Source: Candidatus Woesebacteria bacterium
GTDB lineage: Bacteria; Patescibacteriota; Microgenomatia; UBA10105; UBA927
NCBI GenBank assembly: GCA_044223895.1
Contig: JBGALL010000002.1
Coordinates: 704-64,703 of the forward strand
Direction: 5' to 3'
Length of the DNA stretch: 64,000 bases
This document shows, piece after piece, positions 52,885 to 63,578 of the stretch. Positions within the stretch are counted from its first letter, which is position 1. Each line of letters opens with the position of its first letter. Both the position numbers and the translations under genes were made by a program. Under the pieces are notes generated by a model. The model worked only from the letters and a program-made list of their open reading frames with translations, ran no database searches and was not told the origin of the DNA.

Positions 52885-53082
52885 CTAACAATTTGCTTCC
52901 GAATACTGAAATGGATTTTTATCAAAAGTGGCTTTGCACTCAGCAGAGCAGAATCCATAAACCTTCCCTTGATGGGTACTTTGAAACTTGGCTGTTCCCA
53001 AATCTACCTTCATTCCACAGACTGGATCTTTAGCTTCATCCAGTTGCTTGCCAACTTTTTTGAGTATATCTTTTATACCCAT
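52885..53082 (-). CDS. YHS-domain metal-binding protein
   Basis: KDPVCGMKV...YGFCSAECKATF; start at ATG 53082 after GAGGTGA. Confidence 0.88.
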   Translation of the reverse strand: MGIKDILKKVGKQLDEAKDPVCGMKVDLGTAKFQSTHQGKVYGFCSAECKATFDKNPFQYSEANC

Positions 53083-53083
53083 A

Positions 53084-53527
53084 TTACTCACCTCCCACTT
53101 CCCAGAGGAAAGTGCGTGCATCTATTCCTCCGATATTTGTAACTATTAATGAAATACTATCAGGCTTTGGCGTAATGGTGTTAAAAGAAAGTTGCCCCTC
53201 CCGATGATGTCCGCCGAGCGGAGATCCTTCCCAGGCGGTTGGTTGATAGATGTTTCCAACGGGATCTTTCAGGGTAATATTCTTTGTTAGGTCCTGATCC
53301 AACTCATCGCTATGAGTATCCAAAACAACGTTAAATTTCCATATATCACCGGAAAAACTAATTGGGGTGACTTTTATTGTGACGGAGCCCTCAGAGCTAC
53401 TTTGTGCAGAAAAAGTAGTTTGGACTTGGGCCTGGAGTTTAATTTCTTCTTTCGGCTGCGGTTGAAGGCGGGAATAAAGAAAGACTCCGGCTACAAAAAC
53501 AGCGATAATTGCAAAAAGGTATTTCAT
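53084..53527 (-). CDS. Exported His-containing protein of metal clusters
   Basis: N-terminal TM, LDTHS and GGHHREG motifs. Confidence 0.65.
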   Translation of the reverse strand: MKYLFAIIAVFVAGVFLYSRLQPQPKEEIKLQAQVQTTFSAQSSSEGSVTIKVTPISFSGDIWKFNVVLDTHSDELDQDLTKNITLKDPVGNIYQPTAWEGSPLGGHHREGQLSFNTITPKPDSISLIVTNIGGIDARTFLWEVGGE

Positions 53528-53958
53528 ACTGACTTGTTAAATTTCCTGACCTGATTGAACATGTAGATAAGTCCAGCAAGGTTAAACGCCAATCCAACCC
53601 AAAACAGTTGAACTTGGTACTGAGAAATAACGGTAATGACTCCGACTGCCCCTAAAATTGGTAAAAAATTAACTAAGTAGTGGGCACAGCAGGAGATCAT
53701 GGCTGCAGTTGAAGTTGTCCCTGACACTGCGAGCACTTTTCCTGACGCGATGGCATGTTTCTTTTTCATGGCGTCTTTAAGATAGCTATATAATCCAACC
53801 TGAAGACCAAATCCAATTGCCAGAGTCACTACGAAATACCAGTACTGAGCAAATTGCTCAAGCATAAAATCCCAACCCGAAACCAAAGACACTATAGTGA
53901 AGTATATTGAAAGCAAAACCAGGGATGAGAAAGTTCCTTTTATTATTGAGCTGTTCAT
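53524..53958 (-). CDS. 4-TM membrane protein with intramembrane SCCAH motif
   Basis: AAMISCCAHY; translationally coupled in the ATPase operon. Confidence 0.7.
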   Translation of the reverse strand: MNSSIIKGTFSSLVLLSIYFTIVSLVSGWDFMLEQFAQYWYFVVTLAIGFGLQVGLYSYLKDAMKKKHAIASGKVLAVSGTTSTAAMISCCAHYLVNFLPILGAVGVITVISQYQVQLFWVGLAFNLAGLIYMFNQVRKFNKSV

Positions 53959-53966
53959 AATTTGCC

Positions 53967-54461
53967 TTATAGGGTGGCAAAATGATCTCTGACACCATTA
54001 ATCATCTGGCGCACACACCATTTCGCATACATCATTCCAAAGAGTCTTCCTAACCACACATTCTTATTTGGTAACCTGTAATCAATAGACACAGTAAGGT
54101 GCGATTTGTCACCTTGAGGATGTATTTCGATTTTCATTTGGTATTGACCTACGACCATAAGTTTGGGTTCTCCTACTGTTTCCCATACTTTAAGGTTAGG
54201 TTTTTGATGCTGGGTAACGACTTCATCAAGGTTTATCGAGATACCAAATGCGCTACCACTCAAAAGAATGTGAGATCCTACTTTTTGGCCCCGATTGCTG
54301 TCTGTCGAAACTTCCATCCGACCACCGCCCATCATCCAAGAAGATTTACTCATATGTGAGGAAAAACGAGAGTGGTCATCTATATAAGCGAAGACTTCTT
54401 CCTGGTCTCGTGGAACCAGCAAGCTTTCCTCATAGTGCTGGGTCTCAGTATCGATTTTCAT
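53967..54461 (-). CDS. SRPBCC-fold protein
   Basis: EEVFAYIDD...SSHM, IDY.LP; overlaps the ATPase stop. Confidence 0.7.
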   Translation of the reverse strand: MKIDTETQHYEESLLVPRDQEEVFAYIDDHSRFSSHMSKSSWMMGGGRMEVSTDSNRGQKVGSHILLSGSAFGISINLDEVVTQHQKPNLKVWETVGEPKLMVVGQYQMKIEIHPQGDKSHLTVSIDYRLPNKNVWLGRLFGMMYAKWCVRQMINGVRDHFATL

Positions 54462-56728
54462 ACGGTTATAAGATCCTTTTCAGCCCGGTTAAGTAACACT
54501 GCATTAGTGGCCACAATAATGGAGGAAATACTCATTAAGAGAGCTGAGACTTCAGGCCTAAGGGAAATGCCGTAGCTTGGATAAAGAACGCCCGCCGCTA
54601 CCGGAATAGCCAGCAAATTGTAGATTGAAGCCCAGAAAAGATTTTGTTTCATTTTGCGGACAGTTGCTTTGGAAAGTTTAATGGCTCTAAGTACATCGGC
54701 GGGATCAGATTTCATCAGGACTACTTTGGCGGTTTCAATAGCTACATCTGTCCCGGCGCCAATGGCAATACCGATATCTGCCTGAGCCAGGGCCGGAGCG
54801 TCATTCACTCCGTCACCCACCATGGCGGTAAACTTACCTTCCTGTTGCAATTTCTTGACATATGAGGCTTTGTCTTCCGGTAGCACCTCAGCAAACACAC
54901 GGTCAATATTGAGTTGTTTGCCAATCGCTTCGGCAGTTTTTTTGTTATCACCGGTAATCATGGCAACTTCAAGTCCCAACTCTTTCATTCGGGTAATAGC
55001 TTTTTGGGCGTTCTCTTTGATTGGATCAGAAGCGGCGGCAACTCCGGCAACTTTATTATTCACAGCCAGGACCATGATGGTTTTACCATCCGAAAGCAGT
55101 CTCTCTATATCCTCTTGAAGGGGGGTAAGATCGACCTTACTATCATTCATAAGTTTGACAGTTCCAACCAGTACATGCTTGCCATCAACTATCGCTTCCA
55201 CTCCATGACCTGCCAGATTCTTGAATTTTTCGACCTGTCTGGAAACAGTGATCTTTCTGCGTTTCGCTTCTTCCAAAACTGCCAGACTTAAGGGATGTGA
55301 GGATTTTTCTTCGGCGGCGGCATCGAGCTGAATGATTTGGTCTTCGGTAAACCCTTTAGCGGCAACCACATCAGTAATTCTGGGCTTGCCTTCAGTTAGA
55401 GTGCCGGTTTTATCTAGGACTACCGCCTGTATTTTGGAAACCTGCTCTAAGGTTGGTGCATCTTTTATCAGGATATTGTGTTTTGCGCCCAGACCGGTTC
55501 CTACCGCAACAGCAGTGGGGGTGGCCAGCCCCAAAGCATCAGGACAGGCAATCACTACGGTAGAAATAGCAAAGGTGAGGGCAAATAAGAACGGTTGGCC
55601 TAGAATGAAAAACCAGACAACAAAGGTGAGCAAACCTCCACCTACAGCAACTATTACCAAATATCTAGCAAACCGATCAGCAATCTTTTGACCGGGAGCT
55701 TTGGAGTTTTGGGCAGTCTCAACCATCTTCACAATCTGTGCCAAGGCTGTATCTCCACCAACTTTAGTGGCTTTAAATTTGACTGAGCCGGAAGTATTAA
55801 TGGAACCGCCGATAACATTATCACCAACTGATTTGGCAACTGGCAATGATTCACCTGTTACCAAAGACTCGTCAATGGCGGTTTCCCCCTCAACGATTTC
55901 TCCATCTACCGGCACTTTATCACCCGGTTTGAGAATCAGAATGTCGCCAAGTTTTACCTCAGAAGTCGGCACCATAGTTTCTTTACCATCTCTCCAAAGC
56001 CTTGCCTGTGGCGGAACAAGATCAAATAGTGCCTGCAGTGCATCGGTAGTACCACGCCTGCTCTTCATTTCCATCCAGTGACCGAAAAGCACAAAAGTGG
56101 TCAGCATGGCGGCCGCTTCATAAAATGACTCCTGACTACCCAACAAAGTTAAAACGACACTGAAAGCATAGGCTGCTGTAATGCCCACGGCGATTAGGAC
56201 AGCCATGTTCAGGGTTTTGGCCTGCAGCGCTTTATAGGTGGAATACAAAAAGATCCAGCCGGAATAAAAATAAACAGGAGTAGCCAGTAAAAACATGATC
56301 CAGCTGGCAGGAATGGGCTCGGGAAGCCGTAAACCCAGAATGTTTGTTCCTAAAGGGGAGTAGGCAATAATTGGTAAGGTGAGAATAAGGGCCACAAAAA
56401 ACTTGTTGCGGATATCTTCCTCCATAAGTTTGGCCATTTCCCGTCCAGCCAGGCCTGTGTGTTCCATGCCCATAGCCATGGTCATACTCATCTTAAATTT
56501 CTCCCAACCTGTCATTTCGGAAATTGGCTTCATAACGTGGTCGCTATGTCCCATCGCTGAATGATCCATCGACTCGTGGTCTTTACTAGATTCAGCCTTA
56601 CGCTCAGCAGGAACCAGCTTCATGCCGCACTTTGGACATGTTCCTGGTTTATCCATCTGCACTTCAGGGTGCATTGGACAGGTGTATATTTTTGTCTCCG
56701 ATGGGGTTTGATTATGATTGTGGGTCAT
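54458..56728 (-). CDS. copA: Copper-translocating P1B-type ATPase with N-terminal heavy-metal-binding domain
   Basis: YTCPMHP..CPKCGM, His/Met-rich linker, TGES, CPDALGLATP, DKTGT, SHP, GDGVNDAP, YN, MSISS. Confidence 0.9.
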   Translation of the reverse strand: MTHNHNQTPSETKIYTCPMHPEVQMDKPGTCPKCGMKLVPAERKAESSKDHESMDHSAMGHSDHVMKPISEMTGWEKFKMSMTMAMGMEHTGLAGREMAKLMEEDIRNKFFVALILTLPIIAYSPLGTNILGLRLPEPIPASWIMFLLATPVYFYSGWIFLYSTYKALQAKTLNMAVLIAVGITAAYAFSVVLTLLGSQESFYEAAAMLTTFVLFGHWMEMKSRRGTTDALQALFDLVPPQARLWRDGKETMVPTSEVKLGDILILKPGDKVPVDGEIVEGETAIDESLVTGESLPVAKSVGDNVIGGSINTSGSVKFKATKVGGDTALAQIVKMVETAQNSKAPGQKIADRFARYLVIVAVGGGLLTFVVWFFILGQPFLFALTFAISTVVIACPDALGLATPTAVAVGTGLGAKHNILIKDAPTLEQVSKIQAVVLDKTGTLTEGKPRITDVVAAKGFTEDQIIQLDAAAEEKSSHPLSLAVLEEAKRRKITVSRQVEKFKNLAGHGVEAIVDGKHVLVGTVKLMNDSKVDLTPLQEDIERLLSDGKTIMVLAVNNKVAGVAAASDPIKENAQKAITRMKELGLEVAMITGDNKKTAEAIGKQLNIDRVFAEVLPEDKASYVKKLQQEGKFTAMVGDGVNDAPALAQADIGIAIGAGTDVAIETAKVVLMKSDPADVLRAIKLSKATVRKMKQNLFWASIYNLLAIPVAAGVLYPSYGISLRPEVSALLMSISSIIVATNAVLLNRAEKDLITV

Positions 56729-56755
56729 ATATTTATCTTTCTTACTTCATGATAC

Positions 56756-56781
56756 AAAATCTTCATTAAGATTTTATTAGG
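56756..56781 (-). promoter_or_regulatory. OmpR-family direct-repeat box (plus AAAATCTT-4-AAGATTTT palindrome) upstream of the ATPase operon
   Basis: Coding strand CCTAAT-AAAAT-CTTAAT, 10 nt upstream of a TATCAT -10 hexamer. Confidence 0.6.
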
Positions 56782-56856
56782 ATTATCAACATATTTTTTT
56801 TGCTACTACATTTTATAGTAACAGGATAATCAGATGGATGAAATATTTGCCTTAGA

Positions 56857-57416
56857 TTAGAAGTGGCGGCGGAGCATTTTTTCGTATTGCTGGGGGTTGG
56901 TTACGCCAAACAAGGTTACTTGATCTGTATAGCCCCCTGAGGCACTGATCTCGATGTTAACTGTTCCATATCTGAAAATCTTTCCTAACCATGACTGTTG
57001 AATTGATACCGACCGAACAATATCCAGGTCATAGATTTTCTCAATACAATCCATTATTCCCTGGTGATGTACCAAATGCTGAGAGTAATATGGTACGAGT
57101 TTCCAACCCAACGAAAGACAATTGCCGAAATCCCCAGACCTTAGCACGAGTAATAGGATGCAAAAAGGTGAGGATGTAAGCGGTCATATCATGAAGGTTA
57201 AACGGCAGCTCATGGTTTAAGAAAAATGCCCGTAGAAGAACGAAATTAAGGACTGCATACACTAGATCGATGATAATAAGTACAGAGGCAATTTTAATGA
57301 TGAATAACATCAAACTTTCACGAATTGGTTCGTTGATAGTTGTCTGACTATCCGAGTCATCGGGTTCCCAATTCATTAGTTCTGACTATGTTGTATAGTG
57401 TGACTGGATTTCTCAT
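56857..57416 (-). pseudogene. Bacterial PH-domain (bPH_2-like) membrane protein, frameshifted
   Basis: SVSIQQSWLGKIFRYGTVNI motif; pieces in several frames; AAGGAG RBS before ATG 57416. Confidence 0.65.
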
Positions 57417-57428
57417 ATTTTTCTCCTT

Positions 57429-58056
57429 CTAGTTTAGTAATCAGATTGTAGTGAAGGTAGAAATCTGGGAACTTTGGTTTTGTAGGTTTCATATTCTTTG
57501 CCAAAAACTTTGATCACTTTTTCTCTTCTGCTCTGGCAAGCCTGATGTATCTAAAAATAAGAATCGGAGCCATAGCCAAAGTGATAATAGTCGGCCACTG
57601 AATGAGAAAACCTAAAATAATCAGAATAAAAAAGCAAGGTATTTGTGATGACGTATATATTTATACACGCTTCAATAGCTAGGCCATGTTGTTTTTGAGC
57701 TTTATATAGCACCTCCCAAGCTTTGCCCAAAAGCATTAATCCACCAATGACTTGAAACATAACTGGTCAGATGCAAAATATTGAAATGAGGATCTTCCTT
57801 GAAGACCCAATAAGGTATTTAGGAATATGGCCATTGTCATGGGTGAAGTCTAACTTGTATGATTGGAAAACGAAGTCAGCAGATAAATAGTTAGAGGAAA
57901 ACCATACATCTCGGCAAACAGCGCCACGATAAAAGCACCAAAGATTTTGTAAGTCCTCCAGTCAGTTTTTGTCCTCGGTTTAAATGCGCTTTTTATAAAA
58001 TACAGAAAGAGCACAATGTTAAATATTACAAGGAACCAGTTACCATAGTCGTACAT
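57429..58056 (-). pseudogene. Isoprenylcysteine carboxylmethyltransferase-family membrane protein, frameshifted
   Basis: FIVALFAEMYGFPLTIYLL N-terminus typical of copper-cluster ICMT-like proteins; the rest is fragmented. Confidence 0.7.
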
Positions 58057-58081
58057 ATGCAGTCACTGTAACAGGACGTAG

Positions 58082-58098
58082 GTTAAGAAATCATGAGC
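58082..58098 (-). promoter_or_regulatory. OmpR-family direct-repeat box
   Basis: Coding strand GCTCAT-GATTT-CTTAAC, 11 nt upstream of TACAGT. Confidence 0.5.
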
Positions 58099-58158
58099 CT
58101 AGCTTTAACTTTTTATGAAGGCCATTCACTATTAGAGTTGACAGTATGTAGACAGAAA

Positions 58159-58180
58159 CATATCATTAGTTAATGATATG
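58159..58180. promoter_or_regulatory. ArsR/SmtB-type operator
   Basis: Perfect 10-2-10 inverted repeat CATATCATTA-GT-TAATGATATG overlapping the ArsR start codon. Confidence 0.7.
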
Positions 58181-58474
58181 AAAAAGAGTAGTCTACAGGT
58201 CGAAGCAAAATTCTTCAGAGGGCTTTCTGATTGGACAAGACTCTCTGTCATTGAAACACTTATAACCGATGAGAAATCAGTTGGAGAAATTGTCGAGGCA
58301 AAACAAAGCAATCGCATCAAATGTGTCGAACCACTTAAAGTGTCTCTCGAATGCGGATTAGTAAAAGTAGGCGAAGGAAAAAGGCCAAATATGTTTTATT
58401 CCCTGAGAGATAAGAAAACACAAGAACTGTTTAAAACTTCTAAACAAGTTATTTCAAAGTCTATTCTCACATAG
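58178..58474 (+). CDS. ArsR/SmtB-family metal-responsive repressor (possibly with local indels)
   Basis: AKFFRGLSDWTRLSVIETL...EKSVGEIV...CGLV...FYSL. Confidence 0.75.
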   Translation: MKKSSLQVEAKFFRGLSDWTRLSVIETLITDEKSVGEIVEAKQSNRIKCVEPLKVSLECGLVKVGEGKRPNMFYSLRDKKTQELFKTSKQVISKSILT

Positions 58475-58489
58475 AGGAATGCTTAAATT

Positions 58490-59140
58490 ATGGAAAATAG
58501 CACTATACAAAAAGAAAACGTGGGCTCTATTTTGCCTACTTTATTATTGTTTGGGATATTATCGAAGGTGCTGTGGCTGTTACAGCTGGGATTCTTGCCA
58601 ATTCCATTGCTCTAGTGGGATTTGGCATTGATTCAGGTATTGAAGTATTTGCTGCTGCTGTTACAGTCGGTACTTAGGTGCAGTAGAAGACGAGAAACGA
58701 TTCAAGAGTGCACTTCTACTTATTGCTGTCAGCTTTTCTTGCAGCCTATGTTTCGTTTCAGGCTATTAGTGATTTGGTATTGCAGGATAAAGCGCAGCCA
58801 TCGCTCATTGGAATTTTTATTAATGTAGTTGCTCTACCTGTCATGATACCAATGGCCATATTTCAAAAAAGGACAGGAAAAGCAATCAACAATAAGGTTA
58901 TTATTGCTCAATCTGATGAAACGTGACTATCAAACTATCTATCGCCAAGCCTTGTTTGTCGGTTTAGGAGCAAATGCGATATTTGGCTGGTGGTGGGCTG
59001 ATCCATTAACAGCATTACTTCTTGCTGGACTTGCAGTATACGTGAAGGATGGGAAGAAAGAAGCGAGTGGAACTACAAGAGTAAAGAAAGTGGTGGCAGA
59101 ACAATGTTCTCTTTTTTACGAATATATAAAAATCACCTAA
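58490..59140 (+). pseudogene. Cation diffusion facilitator-like transporter, frameshifted
   Basis: Fragments WDIIEG, NSIALVGFGIDSGIE, FGWWWADP in shifting frames. Confidence 0.7.
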
Positions 59141-59163
59141 CAGCTATGGCTAGGTGATTTTTT
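59128..59163. terminator. Bidirectional terminator
   Basis: AAAAATCACCTA / TAGGTGATTTTT hairpin between convergent units. Confidence 0.7.
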
Positions 59164-59243
59164 GAGTTTTACTACTCGTTACTCACTCGTCGTAGGACTT
59201 CTGCATCGGCTCTGACAGCAGGACATAAGCCTTTCCTCCTTTC

Positions 59244-59472
59244 TTAGTGTTTGTGGTCGCCATCTTTCATCATCCATATGTGTAGTAACGGACATAACAA
59301 CAGGGCTCCCATAAGGAAAACTGTTCCGGTCGGAATCTTAAATAAAGCAACTGCGGCTACAGCCAAGGCAATGAGTCCAAATACAAAAAGGTTGGTTTTC
59401 GCTGAGATAATCGAAGTACTTTTTTCTTTTACGTTATAAGGTGTTCTATATTGTCACCCCTTTCTGTTTCAT
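59244..59472 (-). pseudogene. DUF2933-like small membrane protein, frameshifted near the 5' end
   Basis: Read by hand: ...FLMGALLLCPLLHIWMMKDGDHKH*; GTGAGG RBS before ATG 59472. Confidence 0.65.
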
Positions 59473-59497
59473 ATATCCTCACTTTACAGGATTGGGT

Positions 59498-59514
59498 GTT
59501 AAGATTTGCTTAGT
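59498..59514 (-). promoter_or_regulatory. OmpR-family direct-repeat box
   Basis: Coding strand ACTAAG-CAAAT-CTTAAC, 11 nt upstream of TAAAGT. Confidence 0.5.
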
Positions 59515-59538
59515 GAGAAATGAAGTTTTACTAAAGAA

Positions 59539-60460
59539 CTACACACCGCAACTGCCGCCACCGGAAACTTTAGGGATCAGTCCTTTGGCAGCTTTACCTT
59601 TTATTAATTGCCTGATACCCCCGTCCGCTGGAGTATTTCCGATGCCGAGAGCCAGGTTCAAGGTCCACCTGGTCCCATTGTTTTTGATTTCTTTAAAATA
59701 CGTAGCCAATTCGACATAAGTCTGTGGGAACCAGTAGGAGTTAAGAACCAGAGCCTTTCGATAAACCTCATCTTTAGGCATTCCCTGAGCGTTTATTGTT
59801 AAATAAACCCGAGCATGGTAGCACCAGGGTTACAATCCTGGAAGTAGGTACTGTTGCCACAGCATGGCCGGTAAATATTTTGAGTGATTTCAGAGACAAG
59901 TGCTTCCTGCTCTCGTGAAGTTAATGCCACGATGGAATACTTGTTAAAAAGTTTACCGCCATCCTGCTTGCCCAAAGTCCAGCCACCTGTAGAGGCAAAG
60001 TTGCCTGCTCTATTTTTATACTGAGTTCCCATTGGTCCTTCTGACAATACATTGGTTTTGTTATAATCCCCAGTGGCTTGCAAAAAGATTGAGAATAACA
60101 CCGGCGTTTCTTCGTAAGTTCATATTGATTTGTTTGATACCCATCAAGAAGATTCCCACTTTGGGTAGTCAAATCGGTCTTTACCTCGTACAGCTTAATA
60201 AATTTATCTTTATCAATTGCTCCTGATTCGACCAACCTAACAATGATGTTCTTCAATGAAATCGCCCAGATCAAATTCCTTTGGCAAAACTTCATCAGTT
60301 AGCTGAGACTATGTTGGCGAGCATCAGGAGTTTTATAGGCTTGGTACAGGGGGACGATTTTTTTGATTAGCAGTAGGCACAAGCTTGAATGCCAGTGTTG
60401 CTATGAGCAAGCCGGTTAATAACCCGATGACGTAACGTTTGTTAGTGACAGGATTCTTTT
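59539..60460 (-). pseudogene. Exported Cys-motif protein (RPCCGNST..DCN; C-terminal GGSCGV), frameshifted
   Basis: Pieces 60333-60536, 59921-60295, 59799-60101 and 59539-59781 read as one collinear protein. Confidence 0.6.
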
Positions 60461-61301
60461 TTTGTCTCCTGGTGGTTTTCTCCTTTAGAGTTTTGTCGAG
60501 TGGCTTCCTTCCAGATAAATCTGGCCAAAATAACAATGATTAGCAAAACGACGATGTCTAAAACCGGATTTTTTAATCGGGATGAAAGGTCGTAAACAAA
60601 GGTGCGGATAAATGTGCCGTACATTTGATTCTGCTCCGCGTTGATCCGGTCGGTGAGAGCGAGATATGCGATGATGACAGCTGAAATCATAAAAGTAGCA
60701 GACGCCAGAAGTTTGAGTGGTTTCTCGATTGTCTTTTTCATTTTGTACAGGTACTGATTGGTCAATTTTTCGTAAAAAAGCGATAGGAAAAATAGCGGAA
60801 AGACTATCCTACAACAGACCATCGACACTATGAATGCAGCTCCCAGACTTGGTGCTAGGGTTGAGAGAGTTAGTGCGGTAAAAAGGACGGGAGCACAACA
60901 GGCGGAAGTAATGCCTGAGAATACTCCCAAAACATAGGTTGAAAGCACGGCTCGCCTTTAGGCTCAGGGATACATAGGCCGGGTTGGGGAAGTTGAAGTT
61001 TAATCTCAAACAAGTGTCATCAGTCCCACAATAAACATAAACAAGGCTCCGAGAAGATATACCACTGTGTGGTACTGATCAAAAAAGGAAACAATTATCT
61101 TCATGCCCATTGCAACAGGCACCAGAATCGACCCTAACCCTAGTGCAAAGACTATAGTCAGCAGCACTATCCGGCTCTTTTCTGAAAATCGTTCCTAGTA
61201 GGATGGGAACAGAAAGGTAATACAGCAAGGAGCAACAACGCCACCATTCCACCTAGGAATGAAGCCGTGAGAGAAACACCAAATAAGAGGTTTGTGTCCA
61301 T
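60442..61301 (-). pseudogene. CcdA/DsbD-like cytochrome c biogenesis membrane protein, frameshifted
   Basis: APCCITFLFPSY-like N-terminal motif (one indel) and GITSACCAPVL. Confidence 0.7.
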
Positions 61302-61304
61302 AAT

Positions 61305-61830
61305 TTATTCCACGTTCGCTTTAACTGTAAAAGTAAGTTTTCCATTTTCCGGATCGTTGGTATTTATATACACGTCACGGGTTACTACACCTGAAACCGG
61401 CATAATGTACGGTCTATAAGTAACGGTGAGTGCAGCAGTTTTGCCCGGCTCAATCCAGCCTTGCCAGGTTCCTTTGGAGTGCATATCAAACTCAGACTGA
61501 AGTTTCACATACGTAGTGATTTGGCCGACTGTACAACCACAGGAAGAACTGATGTTTGAAAGAACTAACGGCTTGCTGCCTTTATTTTCAATCACAAACT
61601 CAGCCTTTTTCTCGTCTTTGACGTTCATCGTCCCCAAGTCCGAAAATTTTGAAGAAGCTTCTGCACGCGGGCGCTCACTGTCTGTAGTGTTGTAAGTGAT
61701 TGTTTGAGAATTAGCATTAGTCTGTTTACCTGAAGCGAGCGAAAAGACGGCAATTACAGCGATAATCAAAACCGTAAACCCACCGATAATATAAAGTGAT
61801 GAGCTGTCTGTACCAGGAAGATGTATGTTT
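61305..61830 (-). CDS. DUF1573-domain protein (5' end uncertain)
   Basis: DLG...FVIENKGSKPLVL..ISSSCGCT...IEPG...TND. Confidence 0.8.
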
Positions 61831-61860
61831 GTTTATAGTTTTTATGATAATGAGGTGAAT

Positions 61861-61877
61861 ATTAAGATTTGATGAGT
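61861..61877 (-). promoter_or_regulatory. OmpR-family direct-repeat box
   Basis: Coding strand ACTCAT-CAAAT-CTTAAT, 11 nt upstream of TATCAT. Confidence 0.5.
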
Positions 61878-61901
61878 CTGGAAGGATCAAAAATCGTGGC
61901 C

Positions 61902-62900
61902 TTATACCAAAGGAAGTGAAATCGTAAACGTTGTGCCTCTGCCCACTTTACTCTCAACTTCAATAGTCCCTCTGTGGGCGGTAATAATGCCCTGTACAAT
62001 TGCCAGTCCCAAGCCGGAGCCAAAAGTCTTATTTGTCCGGGATCCTCTGTAAAAACGATCGAAGATATTTGGCAAATCGGATTCGGGAATACCAACACCT
62101 GTATCTTTGACTATAACGATGGCTTGAGAACTACGCTTTTTGAGTGAGAGGGAGACATTTCCTTTTTTCGGAGTATACGAGACTGCATTATCGATTAGAT
62201 TGAGAACGGAACGGAAAAGCTTGTCTTCATGACCGCGGACTAAAATTTCTTTTTCTATCGATCCGGTGACCGAGATACCTTTTTCTACTGCCATTTTCTC
62301 TGCCACTTCTTTAAGTTGGATAACAATATCCGAGAGGTTGACTGTCTCTTTTAGTGCACGCGCTGTATCTGCTTCTGACCACGCCAGATCGAGAATGTTT
62401 TTAATCCTGGTTGCCAGACGGTTGGTGTCTTTTAAGAGCTCGGTCAATTCGGCTTTGTATTCTTCTTTGGTTCTATCCTTAGCCATAAGCACCTCAATGC
62501 TGCCTCTCAAAGTTGAAACAGGAGTTTTCAGCCTGAAGGCTACAGACGCTAATAACCGCTGTTCCTGCTCGAAAGCGCGATTTAAGCGGTCCAGAAGCTG
62601 ATTGAAGAATCGGCCAGCTCACCAATTTTATCCTCACTGTCTATGCCGGTTACTTTCTCATTTAGGTTTTCGCTGGTGATGGTTTTTATTTTTGAGGAAA
62701 GCGTTGTTAACTCATCAGTCATTTTGCGGATGATATAAAGTCCCTCAAGAGCTAAAGGGCGCAAAAGGACAAAAAAAAGAATATTGCCATACAGTGATTA
62801 AAATGAGGAATCGCTATATAAAAGAAAGCGGTGATGGAAATAAGTGACGTGGCATACCAAAGAAAAAAGCCTGCCTCTGATGTTTTTGGGTAGCTCTATA
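61902..62900 (-). pseudogene. Sensor histidine kinase (HAMP-HisKA-HATPase), frameshifted in its 5' half
   Basis: NLIDNA, VKDTGVGI, IFDRFYRG, GSGLGLAI, GTTF; HAMP fragment at 62582-62764. Confidence 0.8.
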
Positions 62901-63574
62901 TATTTATGGCTCTCACTGATTTTTATAGCCGACACCATGTACAGTATGGATAAGCTGTTGCTTGGCCCCTTTATCAACCTTTTTTCTCAAAGCCGCCATA
63001 AACACGTCTACAACATTACTCATGCTGTCGAAGTTATAGTCCCAGACATGCTCAATCACCATGGTTCTACTTACCACTTCGTCTTTATGCCTGAGAAGTA
63101 GTTCAGAATGGCAAATTCCTTGGGCGTGAGTGACAGGGTTTTTCCGGCACGGCCTGCTTTGTGTTTAATCGGGTCCAACTTCCAAATCGGCAATTTTGAG
63201 AATCGCGAACTTTCCTGTTTACTTCTGCGGATCAAAGCATGAAGCCGGGAGCGCAGTTCCATAGAGGCAAAGGGTTTGGTGAGATAATCATCCGCTCCGC
63301 TGTCAAGACCGGCCACCTTGTCCTCAACGGTCGTTTTGGCCGTCAGCATCAAAACGGGCGTTTTAATTTGCTTATTACGAAGTTCCCTACAAAGGGTAAT
63401 ACCATCGACCTTGGGAAGCATGATATCGAGGATAATTGCATCATACGCCTCACCCTCCGCCAAATGCCCTTCCTCACCGTCAAAGGCTGTATCTACAGCA
63501 AATCCTTCTTCGGTGAGTCCTTTTTTGATGATACTGGAAAGCCGGCGTTCATCCTCCACCAATAGAATTCTCAT
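62900..63574 (-). pseudogene. OmpR/CusR-family response regulator, frameshifted
   Basis: Receiver MRILLVEDE...ILDIMLP...LTAK...GADDYLTKPF; wHTH continues in another frame (HVWDYNFDSMSNVVDV...TVHGVGY). Confidence 0.85.
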
Positions 63575-63578
63575 GTCC

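Noticed and set aside
54644-56752. Many + strand ORFs opposite the copper ATPase (and similar antisense ORFs elsewhere)
   Set aside because: Shadow frames of well-supported genes with no motifs of their own
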